NCBI RefSeq assembly: GCF_006345805.1
Contig: NC_043012.1
Coordinates: 29,698,001 to 29,762,000, forward strand
DNA from: Octopus sinensis
Lineage: Eukaryota
Direction: 5' to 3'
Length of the DNA stretch: 64,000 bases
Shown here: positions 62,780-64,000 of the stretch, in pieces
How the letters are laid out: each line of letters opens with the position of its first letter
How positions within the stretch are numbered: position 1 is the stretch's first letter
Position numbers and translations under genes: made by a program
Notes under the pieces: model-generated
Seen by the model: the letters and a program-made list of their open reading frames with translations, nothing else
What the model was told of the DNA's origin: nothing
Database searches by the model: none

Positions 62780-64000
62780 AGTGCGAAATCGCACAAAACG
62801 AAGAAATAAACGCGATATTGATATTCGTTGTACACAATTGGCTTTAAGCGTGTCTATGTGGCATTTATGGCCTTCCATATGCTGTAATAGATTTGAACAA
62901 TTATTTAAAGACACTGGATCCGTTTATCATTTGTATTTAAAACAAAGAAAACTTTTATTTTTCGCATAGAAAAATCATTTTCAGCTTTGACCTAGAAAAT
63001 ACCTTCACTTTTGACAAGGTAAACACTGGCTTTCTTAAGATACTGGCAACGAAGAAGCGCCGAATTATGAATAAATTTATGAGAACGGTGAGTCCTAAGA
63101 GGCTACCCGCGAGGTGTAGGAGCAGGGCCTTTTATTTTGATGAGTTTTAGCATTCCAGGCAAAACCCTCGCTCGAATGCCGGACTTCAACGAAAGGCGTC
63201 AACGCTCGATAATATTTACAATAGACGAAGGTATACCAGATTTTTATTAACCGTTTTTGTAGCAAAAATTGACCAAGGACGTCGAAAATTTCCTCATATT
63301 CTAATATTTATTTTGCTTGCCTTTCTTCGTAACGGTTTCTAAGACGCCGACAAAACACCGGGTTCTGACACTTGTTACTTGTGACTCCCCGAAGTTTTTT
63401 TAACTCATTTGTCGCTAAGAACAATTGATATGGAGTTCCCTATTTGCATATCTCGGCGATGACAATGTGGGTGAGAAAACTAGAAGAAAAATTAATAACC
63501 TACAACTCGATGCCATACACCCACACACATAGTGTGTGGGTGTGTGTATGAATATATATATATATATGTGTGTATATTATATACAGAGAGTGAGAGAGCA
63601 TGCGGCATCAAAATACGAAAACGTAAACTTGCAAAGTTGCCGAAATAACAACGGTGTGACAGTTTGTCTATTAAAGGTGTCTCGGAATTAAATAATGCCC
63701 CCCTTCGATAGCATGAGGTGAGTAAAAAGGAATTAAAAGGAGAAAGACGACGGAGCGAATTGTTCAATGTCATACACATGAGCTGCAACGATATCGAAGT
63801 ATTTGGGAGGGATATTATGTATTTAACCAAAGTGAAACTGCTATATGAAGCGTCGGCATTAACCAGAAAGGCAGACAGAGTTTGGAGTTGAATTGAAATA
63901 GATTAAATAAATATATGGATATATTATATGTTGCCATCAACCTACTTTAGCCTGGACAATTCCCATCTTGGCGTGGTTAGTGGAGGAGAACTCTTCAGAA
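62780..64000 (-). promoter_or_regulatory. CpG-retaining promoter-proximal region of SAMM50 (5' end of intron 1, exon 1, 5' UTR)
   Basis: Visibly many CG dinucleotides (gacgtcg, cgctcga, gacgccg, cgtcggc) compared with the CpG-depleted rest of the window; surrounds exon 1. Confidence 0.5.
63946..63966 (-). CDS. SAMM50: SAMM50 coding exon 1 (MGIVQAK)
   Basis: Minus strand reads ccaag ATG GGA ATT GTC CAG GCT AAA|gtagg. It resembles the MGTVHAR N-terminus of vertebrate SAMM50, and phase 0 fits exon 2. Confidence 0.8.

Overview
Eukaryotic, AT-rich animal genomic DNA saturated with microsatellites, tRNA-derived SINEs and decayed LINEs and DNA transposons. The repeat repertoire is most consistent with an octopus (inference). 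There are two convergent protein-coding genes. (1) On +, a large terminal coding exon (27037-29222) of a Sine oculis-binding protein (SOBP) homolog, with two FCS zinc fingers and a Pro-rich region; its N-terminal exon(s) were not found in the window. (2) On -, a complete SAMM50 (mitochondrial Sam50/Omp85) gene that I reconstructed by hand as 14 GT-AG coding exons (63966 to 44458; 1371 nt, 456 aa), with all phases consistent. The rest is intronic or intergenic: RTE and CR1/L2-type LINE relics, a DD37D Tc1/mariner relic, a mariner deletion derivative, a hAT MITE with an intact 8-bp TSD, TTAA-flanked MITEs, two long palindromes, three SINE families, a 100-N gap and long simple repeats. Nearly all short ORFs in the supplied track are microsatellite or SINE artefacts. 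I found no unambiguous new system. The best leads are regulatory or RNA-level: a Six/sine oculis motif cluster upstream of the SOBP exon, a head-to-tail (ATT)n-linked SINE chain with inverted copies downstream of SOBP, an ~880-nt UCAC (YCAY) array in SAMM50 intron 9, inverted-SINE hairpins in SAMM50 introns, and orphan exon-like segments on the minus strand.
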